NCBI GenBank assembly: GCA_030390025.1
Contig: CM059432.1
Location: 47,680,001-47,744,000, forward strand
Direction of reading: 5' to 3'
Length of the DNA stretch: 64,000 bases
From: Squalus acanthias
Lineage: Eukaryota
The position numbers and the translations under genes were made by a program. Below, one piece after another: positions 24,893 through 38,667 of this stretch (position 1 is the stretch's first letter; each line of letters starts with the position of its first letter). The notes beneath the pieces were generated by a model. The model did no database searches. It was not told where the DNA came from and saw only the letters and a program-made list of their open reading frames with translations.

Positions 24893-25840
24893 GGGGGAAT
24901 TTTAACCCCAAAAAACGAGTGGGTTGGGGTCAGGTGGGAGAGTAAAGTGTTAAAAATGTGAATCCCAACCCCAACCCACCTCCTTCCAGTTTTAATGGAA
25001 GCGGGATGGGCTGTAGGCGACCAATCCGCTCCCAGGAAGCGGGTTGGCACTTTGAATATTAGAATGAGGCTGCGTGCCTCATGGTGATCCACAATTTAAC
25101 TGTGGGTGGCCATTGAGAGATTGGGGGAATCGGAGGCCTCGGGGAAACCGCCAGCTAAAGGAAGGTGAGGATTGCTGGATGCAGAAGGCAAGAGCCTTTC
25201 CACTTATCTGCTGGATCCAGCATTCCTACCGTGCCAATCCCACAACCCTTCTGATCTGCGCACCCTCCCCCCCCCCCCCAACCCCAAGGCCTCCGATCCT
25301 ACCCCACCCCCACCGGCCTCTGATCCCCCCTCAAGGCCTCCAATTCCCCCTGCCCCGGGCTCCAGTGTCCCCCGCCGGCCTCCGAACCACCCCCCCCAAC
25401 CGGCCTACGATCTCCCCCTTGGACCGAACTCCAACCCCCCCGGTTCTCCAATTTCCCCCCTCCCCCTGATCCCAGCATTCCGGTGCCTCCATCCCGATGA
25501 TCCCAGCCCCCTGACCCACTCCAACGATGCTTGCTTTCCTCCTCCGACAATCCCGGCCTTCCACCAGCTCCGATGATCCCGGCCTTCCTTCTCTCTACTC
25601 CCCAGGCCTAACCGCCCGACAGCCAGCCAGCCTCTCAATCTGGCTGGCTCCGGATGGGAAACAGATATAAAAAAAATTAATCAGGCCCTGCCGTTAAATT
25701 CGGCCTTCTGACCCCCTCCTCCCCCCATCCCGATGAACCCGGCCCCCACCCCCCTCCGACGATCCCTGCCTTCCCGTTCTCTCGGGTTTCCCGACTGCAT
25801 TGCCGGCTCCTTACCTGCCTCCAAGATGAAATTCCGGCCC
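24893..25840. mobile_element. Non-autonomous Harbinger-type element, family C, C-rich interior
   Basis: Ends gggggaatttt / gaaattccggccc; interior of degenerate ccgatccc repeats. Confidence 0.55.
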
Positions 25841-25849
25841 TTGTGTCCC

Positions 25850-26110
25850 TTTCACTGAACTTAGGAAACTCTAGCACCCTGACACAAATGCCAGAAGATG
25901 CAGTTAGTGAGCTTGAGGAAGTAGAACTGTATGTGGCAGAGTTTACCGGTGAAGAGGAGCAGGAACATGTTGGCTGGTTGGCCACATGGCTGACATCAAT
26001 ACTCCTCTGTACATCTTGAAATGCAACAGTGCAATAAAATTGGGCAGCCGTGTCAATCTCCTGTTGTTTTTTAGTGGGAAAGGAGATGAAAGCGTTGGCC
26101 ATGCTGAACG
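25850..26110 (-). pseudogene. Old Harbinger transposase fragment
   Basis: ANAFISFP..Q..AAQF..AFQDVQRSIDVSHVA resembles the FIxFP..GFPxVQGAIDCTH segment. Confidence 0.65.
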
Positions 26111-26722
26111 AAGTACCAGTATAGTGTCTTTATGTTTGCAATTGATAGGTACATTTAACATTTTAATTATTTAAGATGTCACCAACAATATAACATAAGA
26201 TAGGAAAATAATGAACACTTTAAAGTAGTATTTTACAAAATGCTTGTTTTCATTGCCTATTTAAAATCACATGAAAATTAGATTTCAAACCACAATTTAG
26301 AGCTTTTGAAGTTGAAGAATGTGTTGAGGGGAATCAGATTACACTTTTTTAGCTATTCTATAAAGATTTCATCTGCTAAATTGTACTGAGAATACTTACT
26401 ATACAACTTGTACTGGATTTGATATTCAGAACTGCCTTATGATTATAAAAAAGCATTTCAAGAGGTCAGGGTAAGGAAGTTATCTGCCATTCCAAATTGA
26501 ATAGAGGTTAATAGATATGTCTCTCTGAATTGAAGGCAATAATTCAATTTTAAGTTTTAAGTGACAGAGCAGCTTATGTACATTACTTATATCAATGATT
26601 GCATTTCCGGAGATATTGCTGTTACTGTATTTGCATCCCTAGCCTATATCATGCTAATCCAAGTTTGCATGAAGCAGCCTAACAGGGAGGGAGTTAGGCC
26701 ATCCATGCTATTAAGAGACTTG

Positions 26723-27486
26723 GGGGAAAAAATTCGGTTGGTTAGCGCCTCCCGTTAGCACCTCCGAGGGGCGCTAACGGGGCACTAGGAACTTAGCGCC
26801 AGAGCGTGGCAATTTTAGCGCCGCTCACGAAATTGACCAGTCGTTTTGCGGCGGCGCTAAACACTACCACCACGATTTCCTGCGCCCGCAGATCGTGACG
26901 TCATGCCCCAGACCGGATATTGAGTCGCGCCCCCTGCCTTAGCGCCTGCCGCTAGAAACAACAGGTAGAGGGGAACGTTTTCAAGTCGGGAAGGGGCTGG
27001 GGGAGCACTATTTAAAGGCGGGCGCTTCCTGCCTTTTCTTGTCGGCAAAATTTTTGGTTTTAATGCTGTCCTAAGGAGTTTTGGCCCTCAGCACCACTTT
27101 TGAGGTTCCTAAGCGCCGAGCTCTTTCCCTGGGCCTATCCATTAGTGCTTCCAACACAATTGCTTTTGAGGTCTCTCCAGGCCGAGATTCAAGGCTGCAA
27201 TGAGTAGGATGTGGCTGGACAGCAAGATGGCCCTCCCCTTTAAGAACTGGACGCGCCAGTGTGTCTGGCTTCCATGGTAATTGGCATCGCCTGAGCTTCG
27301 GTAGCGTTCTGAGGTAGCGTCCCGCTCCCTGACGTTTGCGCCTTAAGAGAGGTGTGTAGCGCCTGATTTAACGCTCAAATCACCTCCAGGGGCGATAGAA
27401 GCGAATTTTGCAGTTGGAGGCGATAATTAGCGCCGGGCACTAAACTTTGCGCCCGGCCGATATTAGCACCCCAAAATTTTTCCCCC
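26723..27486. mobile_element. Harbinger MITE, family A
   Basis: TIR gggga(a)aaaatt / aatttttccccc, TTG flanks; inverted relative at 35948-36841. Confidence 0.8.
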
Positions 27487-29765
27487 TTGATACTTTGCTA
27501 AAACGTCCAAAAAATTCTCCTCTGACTATTATTATCTTTTATAAATTGGGAGAGTACTTTGACCAAGGAGTGCTCTGCTTAGACTTTCCATCTCCTTTAA
27601 CTTTATTTTAGCGTGGGAAAAAAATGTTTATGGATTACCTGTACACTGTAGATTCTGTGTGTGGTCACATTTCTAACAGATTTTTAACATCACAATCTTG
27701 AGTAAAATAATAATTTTTTTCTCAGTGGTCAAAAATATACAAAGGTACAGTGATATTAATGGAGAAGTTAAAAAATGACATTGTAACTTTTTTTGAGAAG
27801 GGGATCGTGTGTAACAAAGGATACATTTTTTGTTGAAATTCCTAGTTTTAAAAAAAATCATAAATCACTGGGTCTGAGATTGAATACACATGGGACAGAC
27901 ACAGAGCTAGTCAAGCATTATGTTGCTAAGTGTCAAATTATGTGAAGTTGTTATGTTGTATAAGCTTGTTGATTTACCTTGTATGACTCTATTCTCTGAA
28001 AGTTGTGGCAATAGTTCAAAATCTTCCACTTATTAAGCCGACTGATGTCAGGTCTGACCTGGAATTCAATACTCACATTTTGATCTCTTTCCCCCTCCCC
28101 CAACCAGCCTGTGTAATTTTACACGAGTTTCTCACAATCAGCCTTTAAAAAATTGCTTTTTCATGTTAATTTTTGTGAGCCTATTTTAGGATCAGAGCGC
28201 TGCTCAGTGTAGCAGTATAAATGAGCAAGTATTCAGTTGCTATGTGTTTTTCACGTTGTTTATGCATGTGTACTTTCTTCATAAAATTAATACACAGAGG
28301 AAAATGCAGCCATTAGTGGGGTTTTTTCCTAGTTATATTGCACAGTTCCGTGGTCTGGGACCTGGAGTGCTGTTTCTAATGCTTATCACTGCAATACAGC
28401 AAATGTACTGCAACATATCACCCAACGAGATTTAAAAAAAGGCTGGTACTGAAAGATATTTATAATACTATTTGCCTACCACTTCTCAAAACCTGCTTGA
28501 AAGGGAAGTAATTTTGTTCTTCCTTCCCCAAAACTCTTATTCTTAATTATTTACATTATACAGTACAAGCTATGTTATTTTGCTTCGCCTCTCAGTGAAT
28601 TTGTAGCATTTACTTAAGGTGCAAGTACTTCTATTTATTTGAATACTGTTGTCTTCTCCCTTTCCAAAAACATTTTTCTCAGTTATTTTCATGATTATGA
28701 ATGATATTGAAGCTAATTATCCTGAGATTAGTGATTTGGAATAGTTATTTACCGGATGCTGAGCACAGGAAGTAGGGCCGAAGACCTATGCTGCTGGGAC
28801 TCTGGCCCCTTGATGTTGCCATGGGATTTTTGCGGCTACCATGAGATAGTGGATAGATTGTCTGCTCCTGCAGTAGATACAGGCCAGGCCAGTCATTCAG
28901 ATGAAGTGGGACGGGGTTCTTACCTCATTTTCCTGTTCCCTTGCCAACCAGGCACCCATTTAGAGGGGCATCAAGAAGCTGCAAGCTTCAGGGCCTTGCA
29001 CCCAGGTCCTTTCCAATTGGAAAATGCAAGTCAGTGGTCCTGCAAGCAAGCCCCATTTTTCTTTTTAGGGACACCAGGCCCAGGATCGGTTGGAGGCCTT
29101 CAGTCTGCTGTTTTTGGACAGCAGTCAGAATGCCTCAACCACAGAAGCCATTGCCACTGCTGCAAATCTCTCAACACGGTCAACCTTCCACCCCCATTTC
29201 TGGACACTAGGCCATACCAGACGGTGTGCCTGTACCAGGGGTGTGGTCCATCAAATTTGGGTGTACTGAGGTCTTAAGCCAGTGGGGGGGGGGGGGGGAG
29301 GGGGGAGCAAGAGATTTGGCTCCATAGTTCTTACTGAAGCTGTCATTAACATGGCAATGCATCAGAGAGATTTTTCCCATTATCAGGTCTCTAATGTCCA
29401 ATACTTGAAGAGGTGGTTATTCACCATGATCCAGGCCTGGCTGATTAACTTTGACCAAGGCACCTGACATGTTTTTCCAGCTATGGCACAAACATCAGTC
29501 CCCAAACAACACTGTTAGCTCAGAATTTGTTGTTTGTGGCTTAAACTGTATGAAATGGTGAAAAGAATGACATTTTTTACTGTTGTTGTTTACTATCCAA
29601 CACTCGCACCTCAGAGTTGTTATTTGTAAGTCTTCCTCCTGTTTGTCATGTGACGTGGGTTGTTATGGAGCAACTAGGTGTTGGCGGAAACCAAAAATTA
29701 CAACTCCCATTATCCATCTCCTTTTATTGTTTGTGATTTTTGTGGATTTTTTTTCCCAGAATTAT

Positions 29766-30010
29766 GGCCCGGAATTTGCGGTCAGTGGCGAAGTGAAGGC
29801 GTTCGCCACTGGCCCTGAAGTAAGTTTCGCACAAAGATCTTGCGATCTCTGTGTCAAGAAGTTCGGGTTTTCTGACGTGTAATTCAGATCAACGTAGTAT
29901 AGTGGGAATCCCCTAGTGCGAGCTGCTGTGATGTCAACAAGCTGTCTAAGCAGCCAATCAAAACACAGAATTCTCACAGACAGCGAACCAGGAAGTGAGT
30001 AAGCTCTTAA
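29766..30010. mobile_element. Harbinger-type terminus fragment
   Basis: ggcccggaattt start followed by hairpin cagtggcgaa..ttcgccactg. Confidence 0.45.
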
Positions 30011-30039
30011 AATTCTAACTTTTTAAAAATGTTAGAGAG

Positions 30040-30335
30040 AGCACACAGCAAGCTCCCACAAACAGCAATGTGATACTGACCAGATAATCTGTTTTACTGA
30101 TGTTGATTGAGGGATAAATATTGCTCATCTTTGAAATAGTGCCATAGGATCTTTTATGTCCACCTGAGAGGGCAGATGGGACCTCGAAAGATGGCACCTC
30201 CAACAGTGCAGTACTTCCTCAGTACTGCACTGGAGTGTCAGCCTAGATTTTTGTGCTCAAGTCTCTAGAGTGGGACCTGAACCCACTACCTTCTGACTCA
30301 GGGGTGAGGGTGCTACCAACTGAGCCACAGCTGAC
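30040..30335 (-). mobile_element. DeuSINE-like SINE
   Basis: Close match to 19070-19385 including tRNA-like head. Confidence 0.8.
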
Positions 30336-32799
30336 AATTATTTTAACTACCCAGCTGCCCCCAACCCACCCATTCTTGGGTGTTAAAATTTCCCCCTTTT
30401 CCTGCAGGTCTGCATTTACTTTCTGTCTCCAAAGTGGTGGGTATATCTATTACCAATACTTATTAATATGTATTCCCATTAATAATACTCTGTAACTGCA
30501 ACACAGGTAGGTTGAAGGACTCTCTGATTAAGTCTTCATCGAAATTTGAGCTAGCTTCATGCCAAGTTATTAAAGTAGTACTCTTCAGATGAAGTGGTGG
30601 CACTACAACATACAAAACCACTGAGTTGGGAGCTGTAGGTTTAACAGCTCCCACACACTGATCACTTTCACTCTCTATACTATGAGTGAGGGCTAGGCGC
30701 CATAAGAGGATCAAAGCATCTTCCTGCCGATGGTGAGGGAAACTCAATTGGGTATTGCTACACAATTCTTTGTGTTTATCTGCGGCGCTGGCTAAGAATG
30801 GTGCTGGTGGTGGTTTAGTAGATTGCAGGAGGCAGGGAAAATTGAGGGAGGTAAAGAGCTTCATAGTTTTGAGATCTTGGGAAAGAATAAATTAGGTTAA
30901 GAGACAGGGCAGTCAGTCTTCATTTCAACACAGTGAGAATACAAGGAGGAGGAAAATCATGTAGAATGCCGTATTTGCAGCTTAGGAGGAACAAAAGAGG
31001 AAAGTTCAGAGGAGCGCTAGCTGCAGTACTATCGATTAATAGAGAAAGCTGGAAAGGATATGACAGAGAAACTGAGGTTGGTGGCTAGAGTTGGAAGTGG
31101 GATTACCTTTTTATCTTGGCGCCTTTGATTCTCCAGTGTAATATCAGTGTAAACAAATGATTGACTCACTATGTGATTCTGAATGCACTCCTTTTAATAC
31201 AATCACAATGGTGAATTACGATATAGTTTTTCTTAATTATTTTCATAGCTTTTTTGAAAACATTATATCATAGGAGAAATACCTGGACTCAGCATTGAGC
31301 TCAACAGTGTGTGAGGAAACTGTATTAACATTAGCAGATGCAATCATTAACCCAGAATGCTTTAGAGATCTTGGCCTAGTCTCTTGTGAGCAGTATTTTT
31401 ACAGCACAATTTTCCAGTGAGTTTAGCTGGCGGTAATAATACCTGCTAAGCAAACCATTACATTTCTGGTGCCTACAATGGTGCATATTTGTAGAATTCT
31501 GATAAATGGAGGGAAAGATCAAGAAAGGAATGAAGAACTGTTATTTATACCTGATGTGCAGTTTTTTCTGTGGTAATAACGGCAGCTAGAGATTTCCCTA
31601 GCCACTAACGTAATGAGAACATTTTAGAAACAAAAGTGCCATCTTCAGTCATATTTATCTGGAAGTTGTGTTCATACTGAGTCGGCAATGTATTTCACCA
31701 GCAATTTTTGTGAGGTGGGAGAAAGATTTACAAAATAAATTATTTCTACCAGGCTCATAATGCCACTTTTATCCAATGTAAAACATCCAAAATACTACTA
31801 CTGGTAGAGCATTTAAATATCTGAGCTTGGGTTTATTACTGACAGTGGAAAATAGTTGTGGAGAAAAAAAAGCTTGAGCCTTAAAATCTGTCTTATTCAT
31901 ATGGAAGTTTAAATACAGGGGTGATCATCGCTTGCATCTATTGGACTATGGAAAACCGCGCTACAATCCCCCCCCCCCCATCCCCCTCCCACCCCAGTCT
32001 TTCCATGCTCCAAACAAATACCAGGGTTAATTTTCTCTCATTGTCTCTGGCTGCACCCTGTTTTTATGCCACCTACCACAGAAAAGAAAACTCAACAACA
32101 AACTGGCACCCACTTGGGTATTTCTCGGCATACGTCTTTCCTGGAACACCTGCTCAGCCAAACCTTTTTTTTTAATTTGCCATAATCGCTGCTGGGAGAT
32201 GCTAACTGTTATTACTGTTGGTCAATCCTTACCAGTCAATCATAAGAAAGTCTTTGTCATGTTAATTGTGCATCTTAATCCAACTCTTTATTTTGTTCGA
32301 TTCCTCCCCAGTAGTTCTTCAATTCAAAGCACTCTTATGTGAATTTGAACTGGCCGAGTCAGTTATTTCTTTCTCCTTGGTGCTCCGTGCACCATCTAGT
32401 GGTCTTGCTAAGAACTGGCGTAGCCTCTCCCCACCTTGTTTAGTGCAACTCCAAGCAGAGTGGAGGAGCTGACCATAAAGGGAATAATGGAAAAACTGAC
32501 TGAATAGGGCCTTTCCTGACAGAATGTGTTATTTATGGTGTTTTAGAATTGTCAATTTAACTGCAACATATCATCTTGTATGTTAAGATTAATATATTTT
32601 ATTATATTAATTTTGGATCTGCTATTGTAAAACAGATGTGAAAATAGCAATAGCAATAAATATTACTTTTCAAAAGACAAGTAAAATCCACAGATCATGA
32701 TGGAACAGTGCACTCATGGTGGAATACATTGGTACACTGTAGTGGGATATGGCTTCAGACTTGTAATCCCCACATGATATAGGGTGAGAGGGAACTGTG

Positions 32800-34200
32800 T
32801 CCAAATTTCCAAATGATACTAAAATAGGAGGCATAGTTAAATAATTTTGAGGACTAAAAGAAAGTGCAAGGGGATATTATAAGGTGATGGAATGAGCAAA
32901 AAAGTGGCAGATGGAATTCATTGTCAGCAAGTATGAGCTGGTACATTTTTGTAAGAAAGTATAAGTAATAGTTATACTTTGGTGGAAAGCTGGAAGATGT
33001 GGAATAGCAGAGGGATTTTGGGGTTCAGATTCACGAGACATTACAAGCAGCATCTTAACTGGCTAAAGTCATAAAACAGTCTAATGGAATACAGGAAACT
33101 CTTGTTTATCCGGCACCCAAATATCCGGAATTCTCGCTTAACCGGCAAAAATCATCCTCCGAAAACTCCTATCAAATAACCGGCAATGTTGCCGAGTCGC
33201 AGTCCGAGTCTCCGCGAACGCCGAGTACTCCGAAAACTCCTTTCAAATAACCGGCAATGTTGCCGATCCTGAGTCCGCGAACGGCGATTTAGTCAGTAGG
33301 GGTAGTTTTCAAAAGTGCCACTACTCGGCCTCCTGGCGCTGTCGGAAGTCCGAAACACTGCAGTAGCAGGAGTTGATTCTCCCGCGCTGCCGGGAGTCTC
33401 ACTTACTGTTAAGTAATTAAAGAGTTATGGATTACTCTCAACTGGCAGTACTGTACTTAATCAAGCATCTTCCACCATCCATTTAACACAACATTCTGTA
33501 GGTGAGTACCCAAATACTGTATACTGCACATTTCTTGATTTTTTTATTTTTCTTTGTTAAAAATAGCCTCGGTAGATATAACTCTCTGTTATCCGGAACT
33601 TTCGATCAACCGGCACCACGCCGGTCCCGTCGGTGCCGGATACCAAAGAGTTTCCTGTACTGGGTTTCAACGGCAAGAGGTGTAGAATATAAAAGTTGAG
33701 ATGTAATGGTAGATCTATATCAAACTTTAGTAAGATTACAGTTGGAGTACTGTGTGCAGTTGCGGGTTCCACACTATAGGAAGGATGTTGAGGCAACAGA
33801 GAAGATACAGCACAGATTCATTAGGATGCTGCCTGAGGAAATACAAATATGAAGACAGACTTGAAAAATGGTGTCTGCTTTTGTTAGAACAGAGGAGATA
33901 AAGGGTGATTTGACAGAGGTATTTAAAATTATGGTGGGATTGGGCAAAGTAGACAGAACCAGACTGTTTCCGATGGTTGTGGGGTTTAGATCAAGTGAAC
34001 ATAGATATGATTAAATGTAAGAGGTTTAGGCTAGAGAACAGGAGAAACCTTTTTTCCCCCACAGAGGTTTGTGAGGCCGTGGAATGTACTACTGGAGTTA
34101 GTGATTGAAGCAGAAACTACGTAAACTTTTAAGAACAGGTTAGATAGAAGGTTGAAGAAAAAGGGGGATAAAGAGATATGGGAACAGGAATTAGGACCAC
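32800..34200 (+). mobile_element. CR1 LINE RT/3' part, split by a DNA transposon
   Basis: KWQMEF, NGILGF after removing insert, YQTLVRLQLEYCVQ, GDLTEVFKIM. Confidence 0.85.
33092..33657. mobile_element. Tc1/mariner (pogo/Tigger-like) MITE
   Basis: ~25-bp TIR caggaaactctt..tatccggcac, TA duplication at 33090-33091 and 33658-33659. Confidence 0.85.
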
Positions 34201-34998
34201 TGCTCACATGGAGCACAAACACCATGGTTTCTCTCAGCATGCAACTGGTGCATAGTATAGAGAAACCTTAAATAAACGGAAGGGTTAAAAGTATAATATA
34301 ATTTATCAAGAAAGAAAAATACTTCTGAAACCCAACCGGCATTGGCAAGTATATTCAAATGTAACTTTTGGCTGGGATTCAAGTTCACAACCTTTTAGTT
34401 GGGAGTTAAACCATCTTGTAGTGGAGCTACAGGGCCACACCCCAAAGAGCCTGCTAGTTACGTACGATTGCAGTTAAAGAATCATAGGCCCAATGTTATG
34501 TTTTCCACCACAGCCTGAGACCAAATTTAATGTTAGTTGTTGCCTTTTTTTATAGTCATTGTAATTCTGAAACAAAATAGATGCTGCTACTGGTAGTTTA
34601 TGCTATGTTGCCGTTTTGGGGCTAGGACAAAACTGAAGTACACTTCTACAAGTTGAAAGTCAGCACAAATGGATATTTGTGCCAACTTTAAAAGAGCAGT
34701 GGAGGTGATGTAGACCTTGTTATGTGCCATGGATTGTTGGTTTTGAAGTGAAAAGGAAATCATGCTGTTTCAAGGACTCCTGTGCCAGAACCTTACATCA
34801 TATTGAGCCTTTTTTTAAACAAAATACTTTTTGTAAACTTTACATTGATAATATTAGGCACAATGAATCTTCAACTTTTCATTAGCATTGGCGACAATGT
34901 CAGTTTAAGTCTAAAGCTGTCTAGTTTGTCTAATCATTTACATAGTCCCAAAAACGGGCTGGGACTAATTTCTAGGCCTACATATTTTAAGTTACACT

Positions 34999-35166
34999 GG
35001 AGTAAATTTTAACTTTTACCGCCGATTGGTAAACTGGTGGTAGTGAATCAACTGCCCGTTATACACCCCGTCCAATGTTCCAAGGAAAATCAAGCGGGGT
35101 ATATAATGGACAGCTGATCCACTATCAGCAGTTCACCAACCAGTGGTGAAAGTTAAAATTTACCCC
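34999..35166. mobile_element. Short fold-back MITE (GGGGTA-ended family D)
   Basis: Whole element is an imperfect palindrome, gtaaattttaacttt / aaagttaaaatttac. Confidence 0.65.
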
Positions 35167-35224
35167 AACTGTGTTTCAGAAAGGTTTAATTTACACAAAG
35201 TATTGCACTTCCAACACCCCCAAC

Positions 35225-35632
35225 CTTCACTGGATTCTGTGCCTCAGTGACTCAACTTCAAGATTTTCATCCTCACTTTCAAATTTTTTCATGGCCTTGT
35301 CGCACCCCACGCAGCCATAGTTTCTCACACACATCCTCCAGCTCTCTGATGCTGGGTTATTCCTTAACCCCCATTCCCTCTGCTCCATCATTGATGGCAA
35401 TTGTTTAGCCATTACTCTCCTGTCTTCAGAAACTTCCTCCTTAGACCCCACTATGTTTCAGCCCCTTTCCTTGAATTAAAAAAACCTTCTCATCATCCAC
35501 ATCTTTGGTGAACCACCCTAACCCTCTCCATACTCACTTTTCTTTCCTGCTGTTCACTGTTTTTTGGTCCTCAATGTAAAGCACTAGGAGATGTCTTCTT
35601 GCACAAGAAGTGCTATAGAAATGCAAATTGTT
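35225..35632 (+). mobile_element. Degraded L2 3' end
   Basis: Similar to 4540-4960; ends gctatagaaatgcaaattg. Confidence 0.65.
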
Positions 35633-35947
35633 AGTTTTAGCAGTGGTTGGATGCCATGTGGACTAAAACAGAGCTGTCAACATCAGAGAAATGTTAGAAA
35701 TGAGGTCTGTGATCAAAAGGAGTGAGAAAGATTGCAACTCCATTTAACCATGTAGAGTTATCCTTATTTTTAGAAGTGAAAAATACCAAAACTAGTTACA
35801 ATTTTTAAGCAAAAACATGAGTCTGATTCCAAATAAATGAATTTTGGCAGGTCTGTGAAGCAGTCTTTTGGGGCGCTATAGAATTCTGTTTTATCTGTGT
35901 GTGTTTTTGCACCTTCACCTTGGAGCTCTGCAAGAAAAAGAGATATG

Positions 35948-36841
35948 GGGGGAGAAATTCGGTATCGCCCCGTTTGGGGCGCAATTATCGGGTGGGCGCA
36001 AAGTTTAGCGCTTGCCGCTAATTATCGCCTCCGACTGCAAACTTGGCTTCTATTGCCTCTGGAGGTGATTGAAGTGCTAAATCAGGCGCTACACACCTCT
36101 CTTAAGGCGCTAACGCTGAGGAGCGAGGCGCTACCTCAGAGCGCTGGCAAAGCTCATGTGATGTCAGTCAGCAATGGAATATAGACACACTGGCGCCGGC
36201 CAGTTCTTAAAGGGGAGGGTCAATCTTGCTCTCCATCCACACCCTACTCATTGCAGCCTTGAATCTCAGCTTGGAGAGACCTGTACATCAAATCTGCTGG
36301 AAAGAATAATGGAGAGGCCCAGGGAAAGAGCTCAGAGTGCAGCTCCCATAATCACTTCTAAATCGATACAAGGAAGGGCAAATCAAAATGAACCTACAAA
36401 GTGCTGCTCAGTACCCAAAACTCCTTCACACAGCATTGAATCTTTCCAGAAGTCTCTCTCTCGCTCCCTCAGAATGCGTGGTGCAAAAATATCACTGACA
36501 AAAAAAGGCAGGAAGCGGTCGCCTTTAAATAGTGCTCCCCCAGTCCCTTCCAGACTGCAAAACGCTCCCCTCAACCTGTCGTTGTTAGTGGCAGGCGGTA
36601 AGGCAGGGGGCGCCACTCAATAGCTGGTCCGGGGCGCTACTGGGGCGTTGCATGCTCAACTGACGTCACGATCTGCGGGCGCAGGAGATCGTGGCGGTAG
36701 TGTTTAGCGCCACCACAAAATGCCTGGTCAATTTCGTGAGTGCCGCAAACATCGCAGCGCCCGGGCGCTAGTTGCTTTACGCCCCATTAGCGCCTTCTTA
36801 AGGCGCTAACGGGAGGCGCAAAGCAACCAAATTTTTCCCCC
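35948..36841. mobile_element. Harbinger MITE, family A (inverted relative to 26723-27486)
   Basis: TIR gggggagaaatt / aatttttccccc; ATG duplicated at 35945-35947 and 36842-36844. Confidence 0.85.
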
Positions 36842-38506
36842 ATGGAGTGATACAGAGCGAATGAATTAGTGCGTGGTGTCATGAGCATCAAGGGAATGAG
36901 ATACAGGAGAAAAACACTGAAACTGGGAGAGATGAGTCAGCAGAAAGTGGAGAGAAACAGAGAAACACCAGTGCAAAATTAATTTAAAGAGTACTCTGTT
37001 TAAATGAACAACACAGGCATATGACAGAAATAAGTAGAGGAAGGGAAAATGAGACAGAAATTAAGAGAATTATGGAGAAAGATTCACTATGAATGCAAGG
37101 AGTAAGAGGCATGAGAACATTATTTTAAATTAACTTCAATAACCATAAATATTGATTTTCAGGTTTTGTTTTTTTCCTGAATTCACACCTAAAAATTTGG
37201 TGAAATCAATTCTGAGCAAGTGCTCCGTAGGATCAAAAATAAAAGAATTTTCATAATCGTGTTTAATCAGCAAAGCAATTTTGGAAGGATCAAATGAAAT
37301 CCTTCTAATTAAATAATAAATACTAACAACTGTCTATCGAAAGGAGTTGATGTACATCATTAACTGCACCTTCAGCATTTCCTCTCGATGGACTGTCTAT
37401 GATACAGGCAACTGAGAGAACAATCCAATGTTGATTCTGCCTATCAGTACGGAGAGAAGGTAAAGTGTTCCTTGCAACTTGGTCTGTATCATTTCAATAA
37501 ACATGAGTCCAAAGCCTTAAAGAACAGGAACCTAATATTTTTCAGGGCCTGCATGATTGTCATAACCCCTTCCTGCAGACATACAATATGCTGGGGGACC
37601 AACGGTGGAATTGGTGTGATTCTGCCGGATGGTGGGATTCTGCCAGTGCTGGCTCTTCCGCTAATGTCATTCTTTAAAGGGGGTGAATGCTTGGGTCATC
37701 TGTCTGCTCCTTCCATATGCTGACGGGCAGTCAAAATGGGACAGAAAGCGCTCCTTGCACTAAAGAGAAAAGGTGGCTGTGTGATCACACGAGAATTGGA
37801 CGACATGGACCTATCAGGGTTTTATCAGGTTCAACTGTAATTTTGTAATTTAGCTTTTGGGGTAATTATTGGGGATAACCCATAAAATACAGAACATACC
37901 GACACAGTAATGTCGATGTGGAGATCTTGCGCTGCTGGTAAGGGAGCTTTGCCAGCCAGCCACGCAAGTTGGAATTCTGGCAAGCATTGCACACAATTTT
38001 TGACCATTTTGATCAGAAAATATTTGGGCAGTGCACAGCCAAATTATCTGATTTACACTGCCAATGGGTGAGGCTCCCTGTCAGCAGTGTGGACTCAAAA
38101 TAACCCTCTGAATGTAACACTTACTCCTCGTGTAGGCAGGGAATTTGTTTCTGCAACTTAAAAGTTTCTTTCTTTATTTTTCTTGGCACGTTCTCACTCA
38201 GTGTGTATACAAAATACTACACAGAACACGGGCTGAAAACAGAGGGGAAAGGTTACAATACACAGGAAAAGTTTGATCGTTATCTCAGGACACTCGGCAC
38301 GTAAGCCACTGTTGTAACCACAGCAGAGAACAACTCTGATCTATCAACCTTCCCAAGTGTATAGAATTGAAATAATTGCTCAATTAAATATTTCCGACTT
38401 TGCCGTGCCATCAGGATTAGATTCATTCATGTAGTTTTTCTACACTCCTTGTTTAAAATTTGTTTCTAAGATTTATAATACTTCCGTTCTTGATTATTGA
38501 AATGAT

Positions 38507-38667
38507 GGGGTTAATGTTAACCTAACCTGCCAGATGGAAACCAGGTGGTTTCAGGCCGGATTCCTGTTTTACAAGAAAATGGACCTTAAAATTGGGCGAG
38601 GTGTAAAACGGGCATCCAACCCAAACCTACCCTGTTCCTGCCGGATGGGTTAGGTTAAAATTACCCC
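38507..38667. mobile_element. Short fold-back MITE, family D
   Basis: ggggttaatgttaacctaacc / ggttaggttaaaattacccc. Confidence 0.6.

Noticed and set aside
26398..26420. let-7/miR-98 star-like sequence ctatacaactt
   Set aside because: No matching tgaggtag arm or hairpin nearby
28756..29277. 173-aa ORF
   Set aside because: No domain similarity; composition resembles decayed repeat sequence
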